Below, piece by piece: positions 40,115-49,547 of a stretch of 64,000 nt of DNA. The translations under genes were made by a program, and so were the position numbers. Position 1 is the first letter of the stretch. Each line of letters opens with the position of its first letter. The notes under the pieces are model-generated. The model saw only the letters and a program-made list of their open reading frames with translations. It searched no databases and had not been told where the DNA came from. Origin of the DNA: an uncultured Gemmatimonadales bacterium (GTDB taxonomy: Bacteria; Gemmatimonadota; Gemmatimonadetes; Gemmatimonadales; GWC2-71-9); assembly GCA_963771275.1 (NCBI GenBank), contig CAVYSW010000010.1:384001-448000 (forward strand). The letters run 5' to 3'.

Positions 40115-41935
40115 TCATTCCCATTCGATGGTTCCGGGCGGCTTCGATGTCACGTCGAGGGCGAGCCCCGAGACGCCCGGCAACGCGAGGATGGCGTCCC
40201 GCAGTTCGGCGACGAGCCCGGGGGGGAGCTCGACCGGCGCCGCGGTCATGGCGCGCTGCGATTTCACGGGACGGATCACGACCAGTTCGCCGGGGCGCTC
40301 GTCGAGCGTGAGCGGGACGAGGATGGTCGGGCACTGCCAGACATCGTCGTAGATCCCGTGCCGCTCCAGCCCCTCCATCACGAGGTGGTCGGTGTCCCGC
40401 AGCAGATCGAGCCGCGCGCGGGTCACGGTCGCCCTGATGGCGCGGGCGACGCGCGGCACGGCGGGTCCGAGGTTCCACACGCAGCGGTTGATTCCGGGCA
40501 CGTCGCTCGTGAGCAACGAGACGGCGTCGATCAGCGTGCGCCACGGGACCGTGCCGTGGAGCAGCACCGGATGCTCGTACGCGCGGAGGTCGGCCTTCAC
40601 GCCCACCGACCGGATCGGCAGCGGCAGGGCAGCCAGGCTGAAGCGCCGGGCAATCGCCTCGACCTTGGGAGTGATGGCGTCGAAGTCGGTGCGGTCATCG
40701 GTGCCGTCGCTGCAGAGCAGCCGGATACCCAGGCCCGGGCCCGGGAAGGGATGGCGCCGCAGCATCGCGTCGGGGACACCCAGCTTGGTCCCCAGCTCGC
40801 GGACTTCGACCTTGTACAGCTCCACCAGGGGCTCGATCACGTCGCCGGCGGCCATCATCTCCTCGATGATCGGCACCCGGTTGTGGTGGGTCTTGATCGT
40901 ATCCGCACGGCGGGTTCCCCCGGTCTCGATCGTGTCGGGGTAGATCGTTCCCTGGCCCAGCAGGCGGTCCGCAATGCCGAGTCTCCGGGCCTCATCCTGG
41001 AACACGCGGATGAACGTGTCGCCGATGATGCGCCGCTTCCGCTCCGGGTCGATCACGCCTTCGAGGGCCGTCAGGAAGGTGGTGCTGGCGTCCCGGAAGT
41101 GAAACCGCGATCCCAGTCCGAGATGCTCGAACATCGCCGCGACCTGGCGGCTCTCGTCCTTCCGCATCAGCCCGTTGTCGATGTGCAGCAGGTCCACGCG
41201 ATCGGGACCCAGCGCGCGCCCGATGATCACCGCCGCCACCGTCGAATCCACGCCGCCCGAAGCCAGCAGGAAGACCGATCGGGTGCCCGCCGCCCGCCGC
41301 ACCTTGGCGGTTTCCTCCTCGAGGAACCCGTCCATGGTCCACGTCGCGCGACAGCCGCAGAGGCCGAACACGAAGTTGGCGATCATCCGGTCGCCGTGGA
41401 CGGTGTCGTCCACTTCCGGGTGGAACTGCAAGCCATAGCGCCGCAGCTTGTCGGAGCCGATCGCGGCGAACCGATGGGCCTCCGCTCCGGCCGCCGCGGG
41501 CGTGTGCCCGAGCTCGCGAAACGCCGGTCCGACTGCCACGACGGAGTCGTAGTGGCTCATCCACACCTGCTCGACCGCCGCCAGCCCGGCGAATAGCGGG
41601 TGATCGGCGGCGAGATGGAGGTCGGTGCGCCCCCATTCGCGCCCGCCGTGGATCACGGTGCCGCCATAGTGCTTGGCGATCTCCTGATGGCCGAAGCAGA
41701 GGCCGAGGATCGGGGTGTCGAGGTCGTAGATCTCCTTGGTGTAGATCGAGTCCTCGCCGTACGCTGACAGGCTTGGGCTGCCGGAGATGATGATGCCGCG
41801 GTACGGTCGAAAGGCGTCGAGCGGATCTTCCGGCTGGCGGATCTCCGCAAGGACGCCGAGGCGGCGCACCTTGGTGGCGATCAGGTGCGCATACTGGCCG
41901 CCGAAATCGATGACGGCGATGGCGTCGTGTTTCAT
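40115..41935 (-). CDS. guaA: GMP synthase (glutamine-hydrolysing), long form
   Basis: IDFGGQYAHLIA, GLCFGHQ, QFHPEV, SGGVDS, QGTIYPD, IKTHHN, RHPFPGPGLG, SKPPGTIEWE. 606 aa from ATG 41935. Confidence 0.95.
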   Translation of the reverse strand: MKHDAIAVIDFGGQYAHLIATKVRRLGVLAEIRQPEDPLDAFRPYRGIIISGSPSLSAYGEDSIYTKEIYDLDTPILGLCFGHQEIAKHYGGTVIHGGREWGRTDLHLAADHPLFAGLAAVEQVWMSHYDSVVAVGPAFRELGHTPAAAGAEAHRFAAIGSDKLRRYGLQFHPEVDDTVHGDRMIANFVFGLCGCRATWTMDGFLEEETAKVRRAAGTRSVFLLASGGVDSTVAAVIIGRALGPDRVDLLHIDNGLMRKDESRQVAAMFEHLGLGSRFHFRDASTTFLTALEGVIDPERKRRIIGDTFIRVFQDEARRLGIADRLLGQGTIYPDTIETGGTRRADTIKTHHNRVPIIEEMMAAGDVIEPLVELYKVEVRELGTKLGVPDAMLRRHPFPGPGLGIRLLCSDGTDDRTDFDAITPKVEAIARRFSLAALPLPIRSVGVKADLRAYEHPVLLHGTVPWRTLIDAVSLLTSDVPGINRCVWNLGPAVPRVARAIRATVTRARLDLLRDTDHLVMEGLERHGIYDDVWQCPTILVPLTLDERPGELVVIRPVKSQRAMTAAPVELPPGLVAELRDAILALPGVSGLALDVTSKPPGTIEWE

Positions 41936-42016
41936 GGCGGCGGAGCTTAGACGGTCGGAGGGGGACGGGGAAGGGGAGGTCGTGGCAGACGGGAGAGGTC
42001 GGTAGATTCCAACGGC

Positions 42017-42616
42017 ATGCCGTTTCCGGAGGTCTGTTCGGTGCAAGGAGATCTGCCGCACCCGACGCTCAGCCCCGACGACAAGCGAGCATTGCTCGCC
42101 CTCGCCCGTGAGACTCTCGCGGTGTACCTGAGGAGCGGCCGCTATCCACCGAATCGCACGACCACGCCCGCGCTGCTGGCACCAGGTGCCGTGTTCGTCA
42201 CACTGCGCCGGCGCGACACGCGCGACCTGCGCGGCTGCCGCGGGGAAATCGTGCCGCGCACGCCCCTGGCGGACGCGGTTCAGCGCATGGTCATCGCCTC
42301 GGCGCGCGATGATCCGCGGTTCCCCGCCGTCACGCCGGAGGAGGTGCCGCAGCTCCACATCGAGATCAGTGCGCTCACGTCGCTTGCCCCGATTCGCCCC
42401 GAGGAGGTCATCGTCGGCAAGCACGGGCTGATGATCAGCCAACGGGGGCGAGGGGGCCTCCTCCTGCCGCAGGTGCCGGTGGAGCAGGGGTGGGACCGGG
42501 AGACGTTCCTTCGGTGGACGTGTCGCAAGGCTGGTCTGCCGGATGACGCGTGGGCGTCCCCCGACGCGGAACTCAAGGCATTCGAGTGCGTCGTGTGGGG
42601 TGAGCCGGACGAGTGA
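42017..42616 (+). CDS. AMMECR1-domain protein (AmmeMemoRadiSam protein A)
   Basis: GAVFVTL...LRGCRG, DDPRFPAV, IEISAL, GKHGL, GLLLPQV, CRKAGL. Confidence 0.92.
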   Translation: MPFPEVCSVQGDLPHPTLSPDDKRALLALARETLAVYLRSGRYPPNRTTTPALLAPGAVFVTLRRRDTRDLRGCRGEIVPRTPLADAVQRMVIASARDDPRFPAVTPEEVPQLHIEISALTSLAPIRPEEVIVGKHGLMISQRGRGGLLLPQVPVEQGWDRETFLRWTCRKAGLPDDAWASPDAELKAFECVVWGEPDE

Positions 42617-42645
42617 GCGCAGTAACCGCAGGGTGCTCACGGCCA

Positions 42646-42674
42646 TTTACATGACCTACTCATGTATTTATCGT
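42646..42674 (+). promoter_or_regulatory. sigma70-type promoter overlapped by the palindrome TACATGA-N5-TCATGTA
   Basis: TTTACA, a 17-nt spacer, then TATCGT. The palindrome spans 42648-42666 within an AT-rich island. Confidence 0.55.
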
Positions 42675-42708
42675 TATTAATCGACTCCGTTGACCTGCTG
42701 GGGGGACC

Positions 42709-43263
42709 ATGAAAGCCACCGAGATCCTGAGGGACGAGCACCGCGTCATTGAGCGGGTGCTGGATGCGCTGGAAGCCGGGGCGGATCGCGTGGATCGCGG
42801 CGCCGCGATCGATCCCGCGTTCTTCCTCGACGCGGCCGAGTTCATTCGCGGTTTCGCCGACGGCTGCCATCACCACAAGGAGGAGGGCGTCCTGTTTGTG
42901 GCGATGAACGCCGCCGGCATGCCGACCCAGGGAGGGCCGATCGGGGTGATGCTCACCGAGCACGAGGAGGCCAGGGCGCTCACGCGGGCGTTGCGCGACG
43001 GGGCCCAGCGCATGGAGGCCGGTGATCGGGTGGCAGGCGCCCAGGTGGTGAACGCCGCGCGGGGGTACGTGCGTCTCCTTCGCGCACACATCCAGAAGGA
43101 AGACCAGATCCTGTTTCCGATGGCGGACCAGCTGATTCCCCCGTCGCAACATGCCCGGGTCGAGCAGGAGTTCGATCGGGTGGAGCGCGAGGAGTCCGGC
43201 GCGGATGCCCACAGGAAATACCACGCGCTGGCGGAAGAGCTCGAGCGGATGGCGCGCAGCTGA
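42709..43263 (+). CDS. Hemerythrin (HHE cation-binding) domain protein
   Basis: LRDEHRVI, DGCHHHKEEGVLF, GPIGVMLTEH, HIQKEDQILFP. Confidence 0.92.
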   Translation: MKATEILRDEHRVIERVLDALEAGADRVDRGAAIDPAFFLDAAEFIRGFADGCHHHKEEGVLFVAMNAAGMPTQGGPIGVMLTEHEEARALTRALRDGAQRMEAGDRVAGAQVVNAARGYVRLLRAHIQKEDQILFPMADQLIPPSQHARVEQEFDRVEREESGADAHRKYHALAEELERMARS

Positions 43264-43369
43264 CTTGCCCGGGGTGATTCGCCGACCCGGGTCTCGCACA
43301 CTTGGCGCGGTCCGGCGCAGCCCAGTGGTATCGGGCGGACCCGCTGGACCGATCCGCGCCGGCACGTCG

Positions 43370-43398
43370 TTGAACCGCGGTGTACCCCCGATTACGAT
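43370..43398 (+). promoter_or_regulatory. sigma70-type promoter
   Basis: TTGAAC, a 17-nt spacer, then TACGAT, upstream of the permease gene. Confidence 0.5.
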
Positions 43399-43433
43399 TT
43401 GGCGAGCCGTATGTCCCCAACCAGGGAGTGATC

Positions 43434-44849
43434 GTGGTGCTTGCCACGTTGCAGAGTCTCCTGGCAGTGCAGGAAGCGGCCCATGCCGGCGCGGAGTCGA
43501 TCGGCGGGCGGCTGCCCCTCATCACCGTCGTGCCGTTTGCGCTGCTCCTGCTCGTCATCGCCGTCACGCCGCTGATCCATGGGCACTTCTGGGAGAGCAA
43601 CCGCAACAAAGCCATCGTTGCGGCCATCATCTCGGTGCCGGTGGCCATCTACCTGGCGGTCGCCTGGGGACCTGAAGGCCGACTGCTGCTCGAGGAGAAG
43701 CTCTCGGAGTACGCGTCGTTCATCATCCTCCTCGCCGCGCTGTTCGTGATCAGCGGGGGGATCTACCTCCAGGGCTCCTTTGCCGGCACCCCGCTCGTCA
43801 ACACCGTCTTCCTCGGTATCGGCGCGGTGTTCGCGAACCTCATCGGGACGACGGGCGCGTCGGTGCTGCTCGTCCGCCCGCTGCTGCGCGCGAACAAGAC
43901 GCGCCAGCGCAAGGGCCACATCGTCATCTTCTTCATCTTCGTCGTCGCCAACTGCGCCGGGCTGCTGACCCCGCTGGGTGATCCACCGCTGTTTCTGGGA
44001 TTCCTGAAGGGCGTGCCGTTCGAGTGGACGCTGCGACTCTGGCCCCAGTGGCTGCTGGTGAATGCCATTCTCCTCGTGGTGTTCAACGTGTGGGATCAGG
44101 TGGTGTTCGACCGCGAGGAGAAGGAGCGCCCGGGCTCGCAGCTCGAGCAGGTGATGAAGCACGAGCCGTTCAAGATCCACGGCTGGCACAACGGCCTGTA
44201 CCTCCTTGGGATCATTGGCACCGTGCTGGCGGCGGGGGAGGGACTCGGGTTCGGCGGTGAGCCCTGGCCCTTCGGGGTGAAGGAAGCGCTGATGGCGCTG
44301 CTCGCCATCGCGGCCTACGCCACGACCTCCACCAATCATCGCAAGCGCAACGAGTTCACCTTCGGGCCGATCATCGAAGTGGCCGTGCTGTTCATCGGGA
44401 TCTTCATCACCATGGCCCCGGCGCTCGCGATCCTCAACGCGTGGGGCCAGGGGCAGCGCGACGTGCTCGGCATGGGCTTCGGCCTGCACCGGACCTGGCA
44501 CTTCTTCTGGGCCACGGGAGGCCTGTCGAGCTTCCTGGACAACGCCCCCACGTACTTGACGTTCTCGGCGACCGCCGCGGGTCTGGACGGGATCACCGCG
44601 GAGGGGCGCTTCCTCGAGGAGCTGCTCCGGGTGGGCGCCGGCGGCGCGGGGCTGCTCACCGCGATTTCGTGCGGGGCGGTGCTGATGGGTGCGAACACGT
44701 ACATCGGGAACGGCCCCAACTTCATGGTGAAGGCGATCGCCGAGGAGAACGGCGTCAAGATGCCGAGCTTCTTCGGCTATATGGCGTACAGCCTGACGAT
44801 TCTGATCCCGATCTTCATCGTCGTGACGCTCGTGTTCTTCCGGGCGTAG
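43434..44849 (+). CDS. Ion-transporter (IT) superfamily permease, putative Na+/H+ antiporter / CitMHS_2-like
   Basis: Multi-TM protein with NLIGTTGAS, LTPLGDPPLFLGFLKGV, SSFLDNAPTY and GANTYIGNGPNFMVKAIAE. The start is uncertain (GTG 43428, 43434 or 43437). Confidence 0.85.
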   Translation: MVLATLQSLLAVQEAAHAGAESIGGRLPLITVVPFALLLLVIAVTPLIHGHFWESNRNKAIVAAIISVPVAIYLAVAWGPEGRLLLEEKLSEYASFIILLAALFVISGGIYLQGSFAGTPLVNTVFLGIGAVFANLIGTTGASVLLVRPLLRANKTRQRKGHIVIFFIFVVANCAGLLTPLGDPPLFLGFLKGVPFEWTLRLWPQWLLVNAILLVVFNVWDQVVFDREEKERPGSQLEQVMKHEPFKIHGWHNGLYLLGIIGTVLAAGEGLGFGGEPWPFGVKEALMALLAIAAYATTSTNHRKRNEFTFGPIIEVAVLFIGIFITMAPALAILNAWGQGQRDVLGMGFGLHRTWHFFWATGGLSSFLDNAPTYLTFSATAAGLDGITAEGRFLEELLRVGAGGAGLLTAISCGAVLMGANTYIGNGPNFMVKAIAEENGVKMPSFFGYMAYSLTILIPIFIVVTLVFFRA

Positions 44850-44952
44850 CGCCTGGTGACGGGACGCCCGGCCTCCGGTCCATCGGGGGCCGGGCGTGTG
44901 CTTTCAAGGATGGCGCGCAGCCAGGTCGCGCGCGACCCGTGCTCGCCATGCG

Positions 44953-47900
44953 CTACCGCGCGCGGAGAATCAGCAGCCACCCTCTCCCTGGTGCGATGGG
45001 GATGGCCTGATCCGGTGCGAAGATCGCCGCGTCCTGGAAGTTCTCGATTGCCGGTGCGGTGAGAGTGACGCGCGCGGGATCCATGCCGAGGGCCTGCCAG
45101 TCGATCGCGAGACGCAGCGGCACCTCGCTCGGCGCCCAGCTCCCGATCGCAATCAACACCCGGTCGGGCCGCACGTATGCCGTGGCGAGCACGTCGGCGC
45201 GATCGGAGCGCACCGGACCGTTCGGCACCCAGCATCCGATCATGCGGCTTCCCACCATGCCGAACTCGTCCCAAACCCTCCACAGAGGGCGCGGGTCGCC
45301 GGCCCACGGGAGCCGGTTGGTCATGCCGAACAGCATGCCACGCCAGGGGTTGCCGCCCTTCTCGAGCATCTCACCCATCAGCCCGAACGGAATGCCCGAC
45401 ACTTCGGTCAGCCAGTAGTCGGGCGGCTGGTCGTAGTCGAAGTACTCGCCGAACCAGAGACGGTCGATGAAGGGGAAGTGCTCGAGATAGAGGTTCGCGC
45501 TGTTGGCGAAGCCGTCGCGCACGTTGAACTGGTTTGCCGAATGGAGGTCGATCAGGGCGCCCGGCCGCCCGCGGTCGAGGATCTTCCGGACCCGTTTCAT
45601 CACGGTGCGGTCGAACGCGACGTCGTCGATGTACAGGCCATCGATCCCGGCGTTCCGCACCAGCCAGTCGAGGCCTTCGAGGTAGAAGTTGTGCCACCGC
45701 GAGACGCCGCTGTTGATCAGCGCGGCGTCACGCAGGTCCGGCACGTACCAGCCCGCGATGTAGTTCCCGTCGAGATGCTCCTGCAGCCACGGCGCCCCTC
45801 CGCCGGGGCCGTACGAGAGGATCTCATCGCCGAGGCTCTTGAGCGCGAACAGCTCCGGAGCGCGGTTCGTGAGCTCGCGGACCGTATAGTAGATCTTGAC
45901 CTTCATACCCAGCACGTGGGCCGAATCCACGTACGCGCGCAGCTCGGGAACGCGCAGGAACGGGTAGTTGATGTACGGGTTCACTGCTGTCGCGTGGTGC
46001 ACGTTCACCACGTTCGCGCCGAGGGCCCGGATGCTGTCCAGCGGGGAGTAGCGATGGTAGAACCGCGTTTGCCATTGCGCGTCCGGATCGATCGGGCGGA
46101 ACGGCGTCACCGTGAGGCGGAAGTCGTAACGCAGGGTGTCGCCGGGAGCCAAAGTGCGCGGGCCGCTGAAGCACCGGACGAGGTAGGTGCCCGAGCGGTC
46201 GTCCGCGAGCCGGCAGCCGCCGCGACCGTCGTTGGCCCAGGAGCGCGGCAGGATCAAAGGCTTGGAGAGGTAGAAGTTCGTGTTGAGCGGGCGCTCGTAG
46301 CGCTCGTCCCGCAGCGCGAATTGGAGTCCGGCGTTCACGTCGCCGAGCCACGCGCCTTCCTGGTTGTGCTTCGCGTCCCATGCCCACGTTAGCGTGTCCG
46401 GCCGCAGCCCGCCCTGGCGTCCCATGCCGAGCATGTAGCGCGCCACGTCGGCGGCGAACGGCAGGTCGAGCCGGATGTCGTCGAGCGCGATAGGCGCGGC
46501 GGTCGAGAGCCCCACCTGGTATTCCATCATGCCGTCGAACTCGAGGCGTGCCGCCACGTGCATCGTGATGGCGTCCGCGGTGTTCGTCGCCTCCCAGGTC
46601 ACGACGCCGGGCGCTCGCCGCGTCACGTGCCAGCCCCCGGCCGTCCACGACAGCGGCGTTCCGCCCCTGAGCGCGACGAGCGCGATCGGCGCCCGGAGCA
46701 TCGCACGGGGCGCGTCCGTCAGCCGCGTCATCTCGACGTGGAAGAAGCTCTCGATGGTGGCGGGAAACCCGAGCGTGTCAAGCGTGATGCGCCGTCCCAG
46801 GATGCCCAGCCGGTTGCGCTCGACGGTGACGGGCGTGTAGGGCGTGACCACGTCGTCATCCACCGCGATCTGGGAATCGAGCCAGCGCAGTCGGGCGAGG
46901 CGCCACGGGTCGTCGTCTCCGTGGTGCGGGATCACCGTCGGCTGCACGTCGATCGCGATCACCACTGTGCGGGCTTCGCCGCCGTCCGCCGCGATCGTGA
47001 GGGTGCCGGCGAACCGTCCGGCTGGCACCGCCTGCGGCACCTGTATGCCGAACCAAAGGGCCTGCACCGCGCCCGCCGCCACGTGCGGCGCGCGCGAGAA
47101 CGGTCGGCCGGTCCAGTCAAGCCCGCCGAAGTTGAACGCCTTGACCTCGCGGGCCGGGATTACGGCGCCATCCGGGCCGCGGAAGTCGCTCGCCGTGACG
47201 CGCAGATCCGCGACGTCCCGTATCGCATAGAGCCCGACCTGGAAGACGTAGAACTCGCCGCGTTGCGCCATCCCCGTGAACGGGTGCTCGGCGCCGGCCA
47301 CGATCCAGCGATGGGGCAGATCGTGCGGCATGCGGATCGGCAGACTGCGGTCCTCCGGGAACAGCAGGAACGCAGTGCCGCCGCTGCGGCGGACGAGCGC
47401 GGCCGTCTCGTCACGGGTCGCGATCAGCTCCATCGGCGTGAACCGGTCCAGCGTGTCCGCCGCCTCGAACCGCACGACGTGCGCGCGTGGCAGGCGTTCG
47501 GCGGCGGCCGTTCGGTCGGCTCCCGCCAGTCCGTGACGGGCGAGCCACGCGGAGGACGCGGTCGAGTCGGGCTCCGGGTACACGGCCTGGGGGTAGTTGG
47601 ATCGTCCCGCCATCGCGTAGGGCAGGAAGTAAATCCAGTAGTCACCGGCGCCCGACGTCGGCTGGAACGCGAGATCGCCTCGTTCTCGTGTGATCGCGAG
47701 CCGCGCGACGTTCAATACGCGTGCATTGGTACGCGCGTCGCGCACGATGATGAGCTTCCGCTCGGGCTCGGCGTCGCGGCGCCGCCAGACGATGCGAGCC
47801 AGGACCGCATCGTGGGTGCCGCTCACACGGACCACGACGCGGTGATTGCCCAGGGAATCGCGATCCCAGGAGCCGGTCCCGTAGCTGACGTCTTGTGCGA

Positions 47901-47982
47901 CGGCCGGGATCGCGGTGATGAACAGGCCGAGGAGCGCCGGGAGGGCTGAGCGGGTCATCATGCAGGGATTCGGAGAGGACAT
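44953..47982 (-). CDS. Large secreted glycoside-hydrolase-like protein (DUF6067-like)
   Basis: Signal peptide ending AVA-Q. Motifs LGNHRVVV, NVHHATAVNPYINYPF, KVKIYYTVREL, DGLYIDD, LWFGEYFDY, EVSGIPFGLMGEML. The start may be ATG 47961 or 47958. Confidence 0.75.
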   Translation of the reverse strand: MSSPNPCMMTRSALPALLGLFITAIPAVAQDVSYGTGSWDRDSLGNHRVVVRVSGTHDAVLARIVWRRRDAEPERKLIIVRDARTNARVLNVARLAITRERGDLAFQPTSGAGDYWIYFLPYAMAGRSNYPQAVYPEPDSTASSAWLARHGLAGADRTAAAERLPRAHVVRFEAADTLDRFTPMELIATRDETAALVRRSGGTAFLLFPEDRSLPIRMPHDLPHRWIVAGAEHPFTGMAQRGEFYVFQVGLYAIRDVADLRVTASDFRGPDGAVIPAREVKAFNFGGLDWTGRPFSRAPHVAAGAVQALWFGIQVPQAVPAGRFAGTLTIAADGGEARTVVIAIDVQPTVIPHHGDDDPWRLARLRWLDSQIAVDDDVVTPYTPVTVERNRLGILGRRITLDTLGFPATIESFFHVEMTRLTDAPRAMLRAPIALVALRGGTPLSWTAGGWHVTRRAPGVVTWEATNTADAITMHVAARLEFDGMMEYQVGLSTAAPIALDDIRLDLPFAADVARYMLGMGRQGGLRPDTLTWAWDAKHNQEGAWLGDVNAGLQFALRDERYERPLNTNFYLSKPLILPRSWANDGRGGCRLADDRSGTYLVRCFSGPRTLAPGDTLRYDFRLTVTPFRPIDPDAQWQTRFYHRYSPLDSIRALGANVVNVHHATAVNPYINYPFLRVPELRAYVDSAHVLGMKVKIYYTVRELTNRAPELFALKSLGDEILSYGPGGGAPWLQEHLDGNYIAGWYVPDLRDAALINSGVSRWHNFYLEGLDWLVRNAGIDGLYIDDVAFDRTVMKRVRKILDRGRPGALIDLHSANQFNVRDGFANSANLYLEHFPFIDRLWFGEYFDYDQPPDYWLTEVSGIPFGLMGEMLEKGGNPWRGMLFGMTNRLPWAGDPRPLWRVWDEFGMVGSRMIGCWVPNGPVRSDRADVLATAYVRPDRVLIAIGSWAPSEVPLRLAIDWQALGMDPARVTLTAPAIENFQDAAIFAPDQAIPIAPGRGWLLILRAR

Positions 47983-48254
47983 GGGTGCGGACCGTCCGAC
48001 CGCGTTGGATAACTACCCAGGTCGGAGGGATGTGTAAACCGCGCGCGCTTCCCGCCGTCGCGGTGGCGGCATCAGGACCGCACACCGGGGCTCGGGCCGC
48101 CCACGCGGCCCCCGCTTGCCGGGTCGCTCGGGCCTGTGCAGGTTACGCATTCGATTCCCATGTTGGAGCCTCACCGGGAGCGTGACAATGGCAGGACGCT
48201 GCGTGCCACCGGGTGCGCGGATGCGGAGCATGGCGCGGGAATGGGGGCCGTGAC

Positions 48255-49542
48255 GTGAGCTCGGTTTCCGGTCCCGATCGCGGAACCATCGAAGCCGCGG
48301 CGGACGTGCTGGCCGGACGGAGCCGGAAGGGCGTCTTCCAGCGCCTGCTGCCGTTCCTCGGCCCGGCGTTCATCGCGAGCGTGGCCTACATCGATCCCGG
48401 CAACTTTGCGACCAACATTCAGGGCGGCGCCAAGTTCGGCTACACCCTGCTGTGGGTCATCGTCGCCAGCAACCTGATGGCGATGCTGCTGCAGGCGCTG
48501 TCCGCGAAGCTCGGCATCGCCAGCGGCAAGAACCTCGCCGAAGTGTGCCGCGAGCGCTCTCCCGCGCTGGCTCACGCTCACCATGTGGGCGCTGATGGAG
48601 ATCGTGGCGATGGCCACCGACCTGGCCGAGTTCCTGGGCGCCGCGGTCGGCTTCAATCTCCTGTTCGGCATTCCGCTATGGCTCGCGGGGCTCTTCACCG
48701 CGGTCGTCACGATGCTGATTCTGGGCCTCGAGCGCTATGGGTTCCGGCCGGTCGAGGCGGTGATCGGCGTCCTGGTCGGGATTGTGGGGGTCAGCTACGT
48801 GATCGAGACGTTCCTGGACCGCCCCGATCTGCTCGACGTTTTCCGCAGCGCGGTGACGCCCCGGTTCGCGGGGTCGGAGAGCGTGCTGCTCGCGACCGGC
48901 ATCCTCGGCGCCACCGTGATGCCCCACGTGATCTTCCTGCACTCGGCGCTCACGCAGGGCCGCATCCGGGTCGCCGACCCCGTGCGGCTGCGGCGGCTGT
49001 TCCGCTTCGAGCTGGTGGATGTCGCCATCGCGATGACCCTGGCGGGGCTCGTGAACGCGGCGATGCTCATCATGGCCGCGGCCACGTTCCATAAGACCGG
49101 GCTCACCGACATCGCGACCCTCGAGGAGGCGCATCGGACCCTGGCCCCGCTCCTGGGGCACGCGGCCTCGTGGATCTTCGCGATCTCGCTGCTCGCGTCC
49201 GGCCTGTCGTCGGCGTCGGTGGGGACGATGTCCGGCCAGGTGATCATGCAGGGGTTTCTCCGACGGCGCATCCCCATCTGGCTCCGCCGGCTGGTCACCA
49301 TGACCCCTTCGCTGGTGGTCATCGCGATCGGGTTCGACCCCACGCGGACGCTCGTGCTGAGTCAAGTGGTGCTGAGCTTCGGCCTGCCGTTCGCCGTGAT
49401 TCCGTTGCTCGTGTTCACGAGCCGGCGCGACGTGATGGGCGTACTCGTGAACCGGCGGACGACGATCGTGGCGACGACGCTGGTCGCCGGGCTCATCGTC
49501 GCGCTGAACATGCTGCTGCTCTACGACACCTTCTTCGGGTAG
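48255..49542 (+). CDS. mntH: Nramp divalent metal (Mn2+/Fe2+) transporter, split by a +1 frameshift near 48559
   Basis: The first frame has [19 protein letters not shown]. The second has [34 protein letters not shown] and [11 protein letters not shown]. Removing one base joins them as [14 protein letters not shown]. Confidence 0.9.
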
Positions 49543-49547
49543 GGCCC

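Noticed and set aside
40115..42646. 843-aa GuaA with a long N-terminal extension as given in the ORF track
   Set aside because: The extension is the antisense of the AMMECR1 gene. The GATase domain begins at ATG 41935.
43264..43365. GC-rich hairpins upstream of the ion permease as a Na+/Li+ or other riboswitch
   Set aside because: They lie upstream of the predicted promoter and so would not be in the leader. I could not match any riboswitch consensus. An Infernal/Rfam scan would settle it.
47983..48254. Mn (yybP-ykoY) or M-box riboswitch, or MntR box, upstream of mntH
   Set aside because: No recognisable conserved motif or AT-rich palindrome was seen.
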